Part shown: piece after piece, positions 63,607 to 64,000 of the stretch
Layout of the letters: each line of letters starts with the position of its first letter
Numbering within the stretch: the first letter of the stretch is position 1
Source: Phoronis australis
Taxonomy: Eukaryota > Animalia > Phoronida
DNA length: 64,000 nucleotides
Reading direction: 5' to 3'
Assembly (NCBI GenBank): GCA_002633005.1
Contig: NMRA01000100.1
Span: 827,822 to 891,821 of the forward strand
Notes under the pieces: generated by a model
The model's database searches: none
Told to the model about the DNA's origin: nothing
The model's input: only the letters and a program-made list of their open reading frames with translations
Program-made: the position numbers and the translations under genes

Positions 63607-64000
63607 ATAGCAACAATGACGTCGCATTATGATACGTTGCATTATGACACGACATGTCACATTGGTATTGTTGAACAACATACTTGTGTCATACAACAAA
63701 TTTTTGGAAGTTTTATGCAATGCAGCCCTGAACTTAATTTACAGTGTTCAACTATCGCGTAACCTTACTCCTTCAAAGACATGCTAATTTATCTTTGTTT
63801 GCTGACCTTTCAGTGGTGAGACCCTAGATGTATTCCTACACAATGAAGCTGTCTACTGCCTGTCTATCCACCCTGAGAACGACGACGTGTTTGCCAGCGC
63901 CTGTGACGATGGGAGGATTCTCATTTACGACACGAGACAACCAGCCGGAGAAGGTACTGTACTAATGCAGACTGGCAGGGAGAGTTTACAGGAATGAATT
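63607..64000 (+). repeat. Near-identical direct duplicate of 62229-~62620
   Basis: Starts immediately after the single N at 63606 and differs from copy 1 by about ten substitutions or 1-bp indels. Confidence 0.95.
63814..63953 (+). CDS. DCAF5: DCAF5 exon 4 (copy 2, probably the allelic duplicate)
   Basis: Same 140-nt exon with intact splice sites and one synonymous difference (GAT/GAC). Confidence 0.75.

Overview
AT-rich animal genomic DNA with GT-AG introns, SINEs and MITEs. It looks like a marine invertebrate, but the species cannot be determined from sequence alone. Three spliced protein-coding genes can be reconstructed by hand. (1) The 5' part of a KIF26A/B-like kinesin-11 gene lies on the minus strand: ATG at 40771, four phase-compatible exons down to 2415, a ~30.7 kb second intron, and a motor domain that must lie left of the window. 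(2) A complete two-exon CSKMT/METTL12-like methyltransferase lies on the minus strand (58345-60393). (3) The first four exons of DCAF5/WDR22 lie on the plus strand from 60661, head-to-head with CSKMT, and exon 4 appears twice around a single N (probably an uncollapsed haplotype). The remainder is intronic or intergenic, with tRNA-derived SINEs, TTAA-flanked and 5-bp-TSD non-autonomous DNA transposons, minisatellites, a THAP remnant and a decayed Penelope-type hammerhead. I found no well-supported new multi-gene system. The best leads are a CpG-rich internal promoter in the KIF26 intron that splits a duplicated CxxC-helix module, a candidate mutually exclusive KIF26 exon, the 5-bp-TSD MITE group, and an orphan coding fragment inside a TTAA element. 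Gene identities come from recalled motifs and were not checked by database search.
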